Assembly: GCA_012974295.1 (NCBI GenBank)
Contig: JAAXQM010000016.1
Coordinates: 121-64,120, forward strand
DNA: 64,000 nucleotides
Reading direction: 5' to 3'
Origin: Dehalococcoidales bacterium
GTDB taxonomy: Bacteria; Chloroflexota; Dehalococcoidia; E44-bin15
Shown here piece after piece: positions 29,568 through 38,554 of this stretch (its first letter is position 1; each line of letters starts with the position of its first letter). The position numbers were made by a program, and so were the translations under genes. A model generated the notes under the pieces. It saw only the letters and a program-made list of their open reading frames with translations. It ran no database searches and was not told the origin of the DNA.

Positions 29568-31004
29568 ATGACGCTGGTTTATCTAAGTTTAGCCCTTATC
29601 ATCGGCATTTATTTCGGCTCCTATCTCCAACTGCCAATTACTGTCGCTTTGCCCATCATAGCTTCAGCCCTCCTTATCTCTATCCTCTGGCGAAAAAATC
29701 GGCCCGTGCTCCTGGGTGGGATCTGCATAGCCCTCTTCCTCTGCGGCGCACTCAGATACGGTACAGTCTCCACAGGCGACGCACTGCAGTCTTATATTGG
29801 CAAAGGGACTGTGTCGATAACGGGGGTGGTAGTTGATGAGCCTGAGCCTGTAGATTCATCGACCAAGCTCGTCCTCTCGGCGAGGGAGATAAACGGGCAG
29901 GAGATTGCGGGAACCCTCCTGATACGCACCACCAGGTATCCCCTTTACGAATACGGTGACTTGCTTGTAATAACGGGGGAGATGGAGAAGCCACCAGATG
30001 ATCTCAACGGTTTCGACTACGGTGCCTATCTCGTCCACCAGGGCATCTACTCCACAATGTATTACCCCGATATTGAGCGTCAGGGAAGCGGGCAGGGACA
30101 ACAGCCGTTTCAGGCGATCTACTCGTTCAGGCATCAAATGGGGGAGGTGCTGGGAGCCTCGCTGCCAGAGCCTCAAGGCTCGCTGGCTCAGGGCATCCTC
30201 CTCGGGCTGCGACATAATATACCATCATCCTTATTCGAGGATTTTCGAGACTCGGGGACAGCACATCTACTCGCTATATCCGGCCTTCACATGGCGATTG
30301 TCAGTGCTATCCTGCTCAGCATTGCGGTATGGCTCTTCGGCAGAAGGAGGCCGACATATTTCATATTGACCCTTGGCACCCTATGGGGCTATGCCGTCCT
30401 CGCCGGGATGTCACCATCGGTGATGCGAGCTGCCATCATGGTCAGCCTCTTTCTCTTCGGCACCTATCTAGGTCGACAGCGAAATGGTATCACCGCCCTC
30501 GCCTTCGCCGCAGCGATAATGGTGGCAATCGATCCCCAAATCCTTTGGCAGGTAAGCTTTCAAATGAGCTTCGCTGCAGTGCTCGGGCTCATCCTTCTGA
30601 CCCCAACCTTTCAGCAGTGGGGGAGGACGACCAGAGCGCCAACTATCGTGGTCGATAGCTTCGCTTACAGCCTGGGGGCAATCCTCGCCACCCTGCCCCT
30701 TATAGTCTACTACTTTGGATATGTGTCCCTCGTTGGCCTTCCCGCCACTTTCCTCATCTTGCCCGCACTGCCAGCCATTATCGTGTTCTCCGCACTGGTT
30801 GGTTTTACCGGTCTAATATTCCTGCCCTTCGCTCAGGTCATAGGGTGGATCGATTGGCTCTTCCTGGAATATATGATCGTAGTGGTTCAGGGCTTTGCCA
30901 GGATGCCCTGGTCTTCCCTTGAAGTCAGCAGGATGGATGTAATATGGGTCTGGCTGTATTCACAAATCTGGTCCTCATCCCGCTCCTTATCATCGCTATC
31001 CTGA
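29568..31004 (+). CDS. comEC: ComEC/Rec2 competence protein, membrane (DUF4131 + competence) portion. Terminates after the frame break near 30945.
   Basis: 478 aa polytopic membrane ORF with a ComEC competence domain. The reading frame ends 20 codons after the MBL-domain ORF begins in frame -1. Confidence 0.75.
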   Translation: MTLVYLSLALIIGIYFGSYLQLPITVALPIIASALLISILWRKNRPVLLGGICIALFLCGALRYGTVSTGDALQSYIGKGTVSITGVVVDEPEPVDSSTKLVLSAREINGQEIAGTLLIRTTRYPLYEYGDLLVITGEMEKPPDDLNGFDYGAYLVHQGIYSTMYYPDIERQGSGQGQQPFQAIYSFRHQMGEVLGASLPEPQGSLAQGILLGLRHNIPSSLFEDFRDSGTAHLLAISGLHMAIVSAILLSIAVWLFGRRRPTYFILTLGTLWGYAVLAGMSPSVMRAAIMVSLFLFGTYLGRQRNGITALAFAAAIMVAIDPQILWQVSFQMSFAAVLGLILLTPTFQQWGRTTRAPTIVVDSFAYSLGAILATLPLIVYYFGYVSLVGLPATFLILPALPAIIVFSALVGFTGLIFLPFAQVIGWIDWLFLEYMIVVVQGFARMPWSSLEVSRMDVIWVWLYSQIWSSSRSLSSLS

Positions 31005-31822
31005 CATGGGCTGCTGTAGTGGCCGTCCCCGAAAGCGATAAGCTCAGCGTTAGCTTCCTCGATGTTGGACAAGGAGATTCCATTTTAATTTCCACCCCAT
31101 CTGGTCAATATATCCTCATTGATGGCGGGCCCAGCTCGGAAAAGCTATGTCTTGAGCTAGGCGATACCCTGCCATTTTGGGAGCGGACGATCGATATGGT
31201 TGTGCTCACCCATGCCCACGATGACCATGTCACCGGTTTTGTAGAGGTGCTCCGTCGCTACCGGGTCGAGCAGGTGCTTTATCCAGAAGGTATCGAATAT
31301 ATGTCGAATGCATACTCCGAGTGGTTCAGCGTAATCGAAGAAAAGGGGATCAAGCATGACCGAGCTCAGGCTGGGCAGAGAATCGACCTCGGTGGCGGGG
31401 CAACCCTTGAGGTGCTTAATCCGCCGCTGGATTTTCTTGAAGGTACAGAGTCGGACATCGACAACAACGGGGTGGTGCTACACTTGAAGATGGGGGAGGT
31501 CAGCTTCCTGCTCACCGCTGACCTTTATGGAGATGGAGAGCTTTATCTTGTCTGTGAGAGGGTGGAGCTGAAGAGCACTGTGCTTCAGGTGAGCCATCAT
31601 GGCTCAAGCACATCGACATCTGAAATCTTTCTCGCCGTCGTAGACCCAAAGGTGGCGGTGATCTCGGCGGGCGCGGACAACCGCTTCGGCCACCCTAGCG
31701 ACGATGTCATGGCCAGGCTCACCGAGAAGGTTGGTGAGAATAATACCTACCTCACCTCAGAGCGGGGTACCATCACCTTCACTACCGATGGCGAGAGGTT
31801 GTGGGTGGAAACGGAGCGATAA
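30944..31822 (+). CDS. comEC: ComEC C-terminal metallo-beta-lactamase domain, encoded in a different frame from the membrane part (frameshifted comEC)
   Basis: 292 aa with a TM helix, then FLDVGQGDSILI and HAHDDHVTG (the MBL HxHxDH motif). Overlaps the upstream ORF by 61 nt in a shifted frame. Confidence 0.75.
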   Translation: MGLAVFTNLVLIPLLIIAILTWAAVVAVPESDKLSVSFLDVGQGDSILISTPSGQYILIDGGPSSEKLCLELGDTLPFWERTIDMVVLTHAHDDHVTGFVEVLRRYRVEQVLYPEGIEYMSNAYSEWFSVIEEKGIKHDRAQAGQRIDLGGGATLEVLNPPLDFLEGTESDIDNNGVVLHLKMGEVSFLLTADLYGDGELYLVCERVELKSTVLQVSHHGSSTSTSEIFLAVVDPKVAVISAGADNRFGHPSDDVMARLTEKVGENNTYLTSERGTITFTTDGERLWVETER

Positions 31823-32069
31823 ATTGATAATCTGGGTGCCAGGTCAGTCCGTAAGTTCAACTTCAATGGATCGCCTGATGGGTGATAATCCAGGCGAATC
31901 AGCTTAGCTTTGCGTTCGACTTTTTGGGAGTCATCGTCCAGATTGACCGGATGATCCATGTAACATGCTAAGCTAGTTTCTGGATTGCCCGATCAAGTCG
32001 GGCAATGACAGGTAAGGTAAGAGTCGGGCAATCTTCTCTTTCGATTCGCAGAGTAAGGAGACAGGGGGC

Positions 32070-32099
32070 TTGACAGAACGCCCTCCTTGGGTGTATATA
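32070..32099 (+). promoter_or_regulatory. Putative promoter of the dodecin gene
   Basis: TTGACA, an 18-nt spacer, then TATATA, about 30 bp upstream of the ATG at 32132. Confidence 0.4.
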
Positions 32100-32131
32100 G
32101 TAGTCCCACATAATGGTATGAAAGGAGAATC

Positions 32132-32347
32132 ATGGCAGACAGCGTCTACAAGGTCATCACACTGGTGGGTACCAGCCCCGACTCATGGGAGAAGGCCGCT
32201 GCTAACGCGATAACGATGGCAGCAAAGAGCCTTCGGGACCTCCGCATCGCCGAAGTCGTAGAGCTTGACATGCAGATCGAGAACGGCAAGATCACCAACT
32301 ACCGCGCGAAGGTAAAGGTCTCCTTCAAGTACGAGGGTGGCGTCTAA
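32132..32347 (+). CDS. Dodecin family flavin-binding protein
   Basis: 71 aa, YKVITLVGTSPDSWEKAA...VKVSFKYE, matching the dodecin beta-alpha-beta-beta fold signature. Confidence 0.75.
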   Translation: MADSVYKVITLVGTSPDSWEKAAANAITMAAKSLRDLRIAEVVELDMQIENGKITNYRAKVKVSFKYEGGV

Positions 32348-32451
32348 GCCGGATTCCGGGCGTGAATCCATAGAGCGTGGCGCCCCACTGCGTTGACAGC
32401 TAGGCTCTGAATAATTCGTACTGCCTACTGTCATCCACCTATAAGAAAAAG

Positions 32452-32492
32452 AGAAGAGGGTACAATCCCAGTACCCTCTTCTGTCTTCTACT
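32452..32492. terminator. Bidirectional rho-independent terminator between the convergent dodecin and zinc-ribbon genes
   Basis: GAGGGTAC-AATCCCA-GTACCCTC hairpin, flanked by an A-run on one side and a T-rich run on the other. Confidence 0.5.
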
Positions 32493-32504
32493 GTATTTCC
32501 CTGC

Positions 32505-32813
32505 TTAGCCGCTCTGCTCTTGCCTGACTTTTGTATAGCACTCGCTACAGTAAACGGGTCGCTCCTGCCTGGGCTCGAAAGGTACCTGCGTGTCTATACC
32601 ACAACTGGCACAAACAGCCGGATGCATTTCCCTCCGCCCACTATTGCCGTAGCCATCATTGTTGCGCTGTTGCCTTCTAGTCACTCGGCATTGAGCACAA
32701 CGCTTGGGCTCATTGGTGAAGCCCCGGCTCGCGAATAGTGCCTGCTCATCAGCGCTGAAAGTGAAGCTTACGCTACAGTCTGTACACTCTAGGGTTTTGT
32801 CTTCGTAGTCCAC
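32505..32813 (-). CDS. Tandem zinc-ribbon protein (zf-trcl-like CxxC-x17-CxxC modules, twice). GTG start 7 nt after an AAGGAAAGGAGG RBS.
   Basis: CTDCSVSFTFSADEQALFASRGFTNEPKRCAQC and CASCGIDTQVPFEPRQERPVYCSECY. The longer ORF continuing to 32951 lacks an RBS. Confidence 0.65.
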   Translation of the reverse strand: MDYEDKTLECTDCSVSFTFSADEQALFASRGFTNEPKRCAQCRVTRRQQRNNDGYGNSGRREMHPAVCASCGIDTQVPFEPRQERPVYCSECYTKVRQEQSG

Positions 32814-32998
32814 GGACAACCTCCTTTCCTTAGGACTTGGTCTCAGCTTGGTCATCCATGGCCGTGGGAATTCACGAGGAACCACACAGGTTGGGAAAAA
32901 CCTACTTTGAACCAGATGGGGTAGCATATCATATTTTGAGATGGCTGTCAAATCATGTCTGACTGCAACATCATATTCTATCGTTCTTATCGTGATTG

Positions 32999-33490
32999 CT
33001 ATGCGAAGGTTTTCACCTCCACCTCCATCCCCCCTTGCCCAATGGTTATAACTCCCGCCGAGGCCGGGGTTCTGAAGGATGGGTAAGCCTGGCCGGGGTT
33101 CAGAAAAACTACGCCGCCGATATTCCTGTTGCAGACATCGTGGGTGTGTCCAAATATAATAAGATCTACTTGATCAAACTCCCTGGTTATATCCTCCTCG
33201 ATCCCCCATGGCGGGCCACCCCAGGAAGGGTGAATGACTCCAATTCGTCTCCCTTCGACTTCAACAACCGTTTTATCGGGCAGCTCGTCACGAATCTCCT
33301 TCGGATCCATATTACCGTATACGCCGATGAAGCGCTTCGCCCGCTGATGCAGCTCCGCAAGCAGGTGGATGCTGGTAAAGTCTCCGCAGTGAATCACAAG
33401 ATCAGTTCCGGCCAGTTCCGCTAACAATTCTGGGGGTAGCACATCAAGGCTTTGAGCGTGTGTATCGGATATCACCACGATCCTGGTCAT
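32999..33490 (-). CDS. Metallophosphoesterase, YfcE/MJ0936 family
   Basis: 163 aa with the MTRIVVISDTHAQ, GDFTS and GHTH motifs. Confidence 0.8.
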   Translation of the reverse strand: MTRIVVISDTHAQSLDVLPPELLAELAGTDLVIHCGDFTSIHLLAELHQRAKRFIGVYGNMDPKEIRDELPDKTVVEVEGRRIGVIHPSWGGPPWGIEEDITREFDQVDLIIFGHTHDVCNRNIGGVVFLNPGQAYPSFRTPASAGVITIGQGGMEVEVKTFA

Positions 33491-33777
33491 TGGTTTGCCA
33501 TCTCCACTATAGTAGCACCACTGCCCCCCTCTTCAATCCTCCCAGGCCTGAAGGATTTGACAAGGGGGCTATTTCCCAGCTCCTCACGCACTACATAACG
33601 CAGCGTCCCTGTTCCCTTGCCATGAATCACCCTTACGCAGGGCAGACCGGCCATAAAGACCTCATTGAGAAAGCGGTCAAGCCTTAACAGGGCCTCATCG
33701 ACAGTGAGGCGGCGAAGGTGGATCTCCGCTGCTATCACCTGAAAAAATTCCTCTGATGTGCGGTCGTTGCTACTCAA
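33487..33777 (-). CDS. Smr domain protein (small MutS-related). Start is probably a TTG after the AGGAGAAGGGG RBS, and the ORF is open up to 33903.
   Basis: Smr signature IHLRRLTVDEALLRLDRFL...VRVIHGKGTGTLR. Confidence 0.65.
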   Translation of the reverse strand: MSSNDRTSEEFFQVIAAEIHLRRLTVDEALLRLDRFLNEVFMAGLPCVRVIHGKGTGTLRYVVREELGNSPLVKSFRPGRIEEGGSGATIVEMANQ

Positions 33778-33983
33778 ATTGCCCCTTCTCCTATATGTAA
33801 TTATAGCAGCAGTGAAGGCTTCATTGCCAGCAAATCTACCTGATGGTATACTTAATGCTATTCGGGAATAGGGTCTAACTATTACCAGGTGAAGCGTCTC
33901 CAATTTACATCCTGAAAATTAACAAAGTATTCTTCGCTTCTCCGACTATTATGAGGCACTACTAAAATTGTGAGGTAACGTAA

Positions 33984-34706
33984 TTGCTTAGAAAAGATAA
34001 TCGAGCCAACGATGAGCTTCGCCCGGTTAGGATCAGCCCCGGCTTTCAACCCCATGCAGAGGGCTCGACACTCATTGAGCTGGGACAGACCAGGGTGATC
34101 TGCGCCGTGACTGTGGAGGATCGTGTTCCCGCATTCCTCAGGGGTGAGGGAAGAGGTTGGATCACGGCTGAATACGCCATGCTCCCTCGATCCACCAATA
34201 CCAGGACACCGCGGGAGGTGGGCCGGGCCGGGGGTAGATCTCATGAAATTCAGCGCCTCATCGGGCGCTCTCTGCGGGCGGTTATCGATCTTAATGCTAT
34301 AGGTGAGCGAACGTTCGTCGTTGATTGCGATGTACTGCACGCCGATGGCGGTACAAGGACTGCGGCTATTACCGGCTCCTATGTGGCCCTGGTCAATGCC
34401 CTGGACAACCTGGTGGCAATGGGTCTCATCCCCTCCCTTCCCATAAAAAGTGCCGTGGCAGCGACCAGCGTTGGCATTGTCGGAGGAGAGCAACTCCTCG
34501 ATCTCTGTTATGACGAGGACTCCTGGGCTGAAGTTGACTTCAACGTGGTAATGACCAGTGAGGGAATGTTTGTAGAGGTTCAAGGGACAGCAGAAGTAAG
34601 CCCCTTTTCGAAAGAGGATATAGACTCTTTGCTAGCCCTGGCTCAAGGGGGTATTCTGAGACTCTTTGAGGCTCAGAAAGTAGCACTGGATAGCCTGAGA
34701 GGCTAG
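33984..34706 (+). CDS. rph: Ribonuclease PH
   Basis: 240 aa, [30 protein letters not shown], with an RNase PH core. Confidence 0.9.
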   Translation: MLRKDNRANDELRPVRISPGFQPHAEGSTLIELGQTRVICAVTVEDRVPAFLRGEGRGWITAEYAMLPRSTNTRTPREVGRAGGRSHEIQRLIGRSLRAVIDLNAIGERTFVVDCDVLHADGGTRTAAITGSYVALVNALDNLVAMGLIPSLPIKSAVAATSVGIVGGEQLLDLCYDEDSWAEVDFNVVMTSEGMFVEVQGTAEVSPFSKEDIDSLLALAQGGILRLFEAQKVALDSLRG

Positions 34707-34780
34707 CATAGAGAAACGCAGACCACTATGCTGTACGGGCTTCAATGTAACCCTCCCGAAGAATAAAAGAAGGTGGCAAT

Positions 34781-35971
34781 TTGCCCGATCAAGCGCTGTC
34801 AAGCTTGGTAGTACTAGACCTCTCTGAGAATATCTCCGGACCATACTGTACAAAATTATTCGCCGACTATGGGGCGGAGGTGATCAAGGTAGAAAAGCCT
34901 CCACTGGGTGATCCAAGCCGCTGCGCCGGGCCCTTCCCCAATGACCAGCCTGACATTGAGAAAAGCGGGCTTTTTCTCTTTCTCAATACCGGCAAGAAAA
35001 GTATCACGTTAAACTTGGAGAGTGAGGACGGCTCCCAGATATTCAAGAGGCTGGTGAAGGGGACCGATATCCTTGTAGAGAATTTTCGCCCCGGGGTGAT
35101 GGCCAGCCTGGGACTCGACTATGAGGTATTGGCCAAGATCAACCCCGCCTTGATAATGACCTCCATCTCCTATTTTGGGCAGTGGGGACCATATAGGGAC
35201 TGGGACGGCTCGGATATTGTCGCTCAGGCAATGGGTGGCTTAATGGGATTGACCGGGGAAGCTGGACGAGAGCCGCTTAAGCTCCCCCTCTCTCAGGCGG
35301 AATTTCAAGCCGGGCTCAATGCTGCTGTAGCTACCCTCTCCGCCCTCTACTTTCGGGATGAGACCGGCGACGGGCAGCACATCGATGTATCCCTTCAGGA
35401 GGCGGTGGCCTCTATACTGGAGGCCTCGCTGACTATGTATCATTACAGCGGTTATGTCAGAGGACGAACAGGCTCCCGCCATCACCTTCAGTGCCCATCA
35501 TGGGTAATGCCTGCAAAAGACCGCTTTGTCCATGTACAGGCGGGGGCAAACTGGGACCATTTCTCAGCCTTTGTGGAGGAATCCCGGTTGATGGAGCCCC
35601 GTTTTGCATCTATTCTACGCTATAATTATGCCGATGAGGTGGAGGAATTAATCCAGACCAAACTGGAAAAACGTGATAGTGTGGAGGTTTTCAACTCCGG
35701 ACAGGAATGGCGGATCCCCTTCGCCCTGGTACTTCAGGTCGATGAGCTGATGAGGGACCCGCAACATGAGGCACGGGGTTTCTTTCGGCAGATAGACCAT
35801 CCCATGGCGGGCCGCCTTACATATCCCGGAGCCCCCTTTAAGATGAGCGAGACTCCCCCTGAGATACGGCGAGCACCGCTCCTCGGGGAGCAAAACGAGG
35901 AGGTTTATACAGGCACACTGGGCTTGAGCAAAGAGAACATGATAGACCTCAAAGAGCACGGTATCACTTGA
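34781..35971 (+). CDS. Family III CoA-transferase (CaiB/BaiF family)
   Basis: 396 aa with the CaiB/BaiF fold (VLDLSENISGPYCTKLFADYGAEVIKVE). Confidence 0.85.
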   Translation: MPDQALSSLVVLDLSENISGPYCTKLFADYGAEVIKVEKPPLGDPSRCAGPFPNDQPDIEKSGLFLFLNTGKKSITLNLESEDGSQIFKRLVKGTDILVENFRPGVMASLGLDYEVLAKINPALIMTSISYFGQWGPYRDWDGSDIVAQAMGGLMGLTGEAGREPLKLPLSQAEFQAGLNAAVATLSALYFRDETGDGQHIDVSLQEAVASILEASLTMYHYSGYVRGRTGSRHHLQCPSWVMPAKDRFVHVQAGANWDHFSAFVEESRLMEPRFASILRYNYADEVEELIQTKLEKRDSVEVFNSGQEWRIPFALVLQVDELMRDPQHEARGFFRQIDHPMAGRLTYPGAPFKMSETPPEIRRAPLLGEQNEEVYTGTLGLSKENMIDLKEHGIT

Positions 35972-36006
35972 AGAGACTAGCGTTTATCCGGTTATTGGTT
36001 TAAGTA

Positions 36007-37353
36007 ATGACGAAAAAGCAGGGCTCAAGAAGCGCGGTGTTACCTAAGGGCAAGCAGGCCTTATCTGGTTTACGTGTGATCGATCTCTCCCAGATTCTCG
36101 CCGGCCCCTACGCCACGAAGCTTCTGGCGGATATGGGCGCAGAGATTATCCGGGTAGAGTGCGCCGCCCGCTCGGGGAGAGGAGGAGCGCTTCCAAGGAT
36201 GAAGCCTGGCGGTGCCTTCGGCGCTTCCTTTCCCGAAGGCGATACCGGGGAGAGGTCGTACAACCGTTTCGCCTATTATAACGAGGTCAACAGGAATAAG
36301 TATGCCATCGCCCTTGACCTGGCAAAGCCCCTGGGCGCCGATGTTTTCAGAAAGCTGGTGAGCATCAGCGATGTGGTGATAGAAAACTTCACCCCCAGGG
36401 TAATGAAGAACTTTGGTCTGGACTACCTCGTGCTTCGGGAAGCGAACCCCCAGCTTATTATGGTCTCCCTATCCGGGTATGGCCAGGATGGTCCTTATAG
36501 AAACTATGTCACCTACGGCGAGGGCATCGAAGCTATGGCCGGCCTCTCTATGTTAACCGCCTATGCCTATGGGGAGCCGCTTAAACCAGGTGTGGCCTAT
36601 GCCGATGCCACGAGCGGGCTGCACGCTGCCTTTGCAATTCTGGCAGCACTTCACTGTCGCCGCCTTACCGGTAAGGGGCAGTATATCGATCTCGCCATGC
36701 GGGAGGCAGTCACCCCGATTCTCGGGGAGGCGATTATGGATTATACTATTAATCAAAGGGTGGCTACGCCCACGGGAAACCGCCACTCCACGATGGCTCC
36801 TCATGGTTGCTACCGAGCTCGAGGTGGTGGAACAGGTAAAAAGAACGAAGAGGATGATGCATGGATTGCGATTGCCATCTCCTCCGATGAGGAGTGGAAA
36901 GCCCTTTGCCATGCTATGGGCAATCCACCCTGGACAAGGGAAGATAAATTCGCCAGCCTCTCCGACAGAATGTTAAACCAAGACGAGCTTGATCAGCTAA
37001 TTGGTGAGTGGACAGCTTGTTATGACCATATTGAGCTGATGAATATACTTCAGACATCCGGTGTTAAGGCGGGGGCAGTATTGAACATGGCAGAGCTGGC
37101 TCACGACCGGAATCTCAATGAACGAGGTTTTTTTCAGGATCTTTCCCACCCCGAGTCTGGGACCCATCGTTACCCAGGGGTATCATGGCAGATGAGCCGG
37201 ACTCCGGGGAAGCTTCGTCTGCCTGCCCCCTGCTTCGGTGAACACAATCGCTACGTTTTCAGCGAGCTCTTAGGAATGTCTGATGATGAGATATCACGAC
37301 TTGCGGATGAGGGGGTGAGCGCCAGCGAGCCTCAGCCATATTTGGAGGCATAA
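36007..37353 (+). CDS. Family III CoA-transferase (CaiB/BaiF family), tandem paralogue of the gene at 34781
   Basis: 448 aa, VIDLSQILAGPYATKLLADMGAEIIRVE, with an inserted Gly/Arg-rich segment relative to the upstream paralogue. Confidence 0.85.
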   Translation: MTKKQGSRSAVLPKGKQALSGLRVIDLSQILAGPYATKLLADMGAEIIRVECAARSGRGGALPRMKPGGAFGASFPEGDTGERSYNRFAYYNEVNRNKYAIALDLAKPLGADVFRKLVSISDVVIENFTPRVMKNFGLDYLVLREANPQLIMVSLSGYGQDGPYRNYVTYGEGIEAMAGLSMLTAYAYGEPLKPGVAYADATSGLHAAFAILAALHCRRLTGKGQYIDLAMREAVTPILGEAIMDYTINQRVATPTGNRHSTMAPHGCYRARGGGTGKKNEEDDAWIAIAISSDEEWKALCHAMGNPPWTREDKFASLSDRMLNQDELDQLIGEWTACYDHIELMNILQTSGVKAGAVLNMAELAHDRNLNERGFFQDLSHPESGTHRYPGVSWQMSRTPGKLRLPAPCFGEHNRYVFSELLGMSDDEISRLADEGVSASEPQPYLEA

Positions 37354-37357
37354 AATC

Positions 37358-38152
37358 ATGGAAGAGAAGATATTGATGGAGGAGCAAACAGAGTCGATTC
37401 CCTGGACGGTGGGTGATTTGGCCAAGGGAATCGCCTTGGTAATTGTTTGTACAATTCTCGTTGCTATTGGCCTGGGGATTGGCACTACTCTGCTTGTTGG
37501 CTCGGACGCCCTTGAAGAGCTTGCCTCCTCGGGGCTCAGTATTCCGGAATTCCTTTCAGAATTCTGGGACCTCCTTGCCTCCGAGGGCCTGCTTACACCG
37601 TGGCTGGCAATGGTGTTTGTAGGCATGCTATTGGGTGAAGGAGTTTTCGTCCTCGGAGCGTGGCAGTTCAGCGTTTCCAAATACAAACTCGGCTGGAGTG
37701 CTCTGGGTTTTCGCTCCTTCAATATGAGGAAAGGCCTATTACTAGCTGCGGGGATAGTGCTTGCCGGCTTGTTGCTCAGCGTCCTCTATGATTTGCTGAT
37801 GAGCCAATTCGGAGAGGAGTCTTCCTCTCTTATCCTGGATTTCACCGACACAGCTCTAGGCCTCGCAACTATCACTATAGTCGCCGTCGTGCTCGCCCCA
37901 TTTGCTGAGGAGATCTTCTTCCGCGGCTTTCTCTTTGCAGGTATCGGCAACCGCTATGGATATGGCTGGGGAGCTGTTTTTAGTGCCCTGATATTTGCCA
38001 TGGCGCACCTAATGCAGCCCGGAGCTTTCCTGCCCATTTTTCTTCTCGGCTTGCTCCTGGCCTGGCTGTATATGAAAACTGGCTCGATATGGGCCTGTAT
38101 CATCACACATTCCGTCTTTAATTCCCTTGCACTCGTATTTATGCTAATATAA
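37358..38152 (+). CDS. CPBP family intramembrane metalloprotease (CAAX protease-like)
   Basis: 264 aa with the EEIFFRG, FAMAHL and HSVFN motifs in TM helices. Confidence 0.8.
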   Translation: MEEKILMEEQTESIPWTVGDLAKGIALVIVCTILVAIGLGIGTTLLVGSDALEELASSGLSIPEFLSEFWDLLASEGLLTPWLAMVFVGMLLGEGVFVLGAWQFSVSKYKLGWSALGFRSFNMRKGLLLAAGIVLAGLLLSVLYDLLMSQFGEESSSLILDFTDTALGLATITIVAVVLAPFAEEIFFRGFLFAGIGNRYGYGWGAVFSALIFAMAHLMQPGAFLPIFLLGLLLAWLYMKTGSIWACIITHSVFNSLALVFMLI

Positions 38153-38167
38153 TACTGGTTTGAGGAA

Positions 38168-38554
38168 ATGAAGTGTCGCGGCATTCGTGGGGCAACTACG
38201 GTCGATACCAATACCGGGGACGATATCCTGGCAGCAGCAAAGGAGTTGCTCCAGGAGATGATCCAGGCTAATGGGTTTGAGGAAGAGGATATAGCCTCCA
38301 TCCATTTCACCACTACCCCGGACCTAAACGCCGTGTTCCCCGCAGCGGCAGCCCGGGAGCTGGGACTAACGCAGGTACCTATGCTATGTGGTCATGAAAT
38401 GAACGTACCCGGCAGCCTGCCCATGTGTCTGCGTATCCTCGTTCTCATTAACACGGAAAAGAGTGCGGAAAAGATCATTCATACATATATCAAAGGGGCT
38501 AGAGAATTGAGATCCGGGAGCGGTTACAAAGAAGGGAGCCCAGAGGCAAAATAG
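38168..38554 (+). CDS. aroH: Chorismate mutase, AroH class
   Basis: 128 aa, MKCRGIRGATTV...TTPDLNAVFPAAAAREL, closely resembling B. subtilis AroH. Confidence 0.85.
   Translation: MKCRGIRGATTVDTNTGDDILAAAKELLQEMIQANGFEEEDIASIHFTTTPDLNAVFPAAAARELGLTQVPMLCGHEMNVPGSLPMCLRILVLINTEKSAEKIIHTYIKGARELRSGSGYKEGSPEAK

Noticed and set aside
30944-31004. Possibility that the comEC overlap is a programmed ribosomal frameshift
   Set aside because: No slippery heptamer or homopolymer (the sequence is GTAATATGGGTCTGG) and no downstream pseudoknot is evident. A mutation or sequencing error, or an independent start at the ATG at 30944, is more parsimonious. It is retained as a finding, not as programmed frameshifting.
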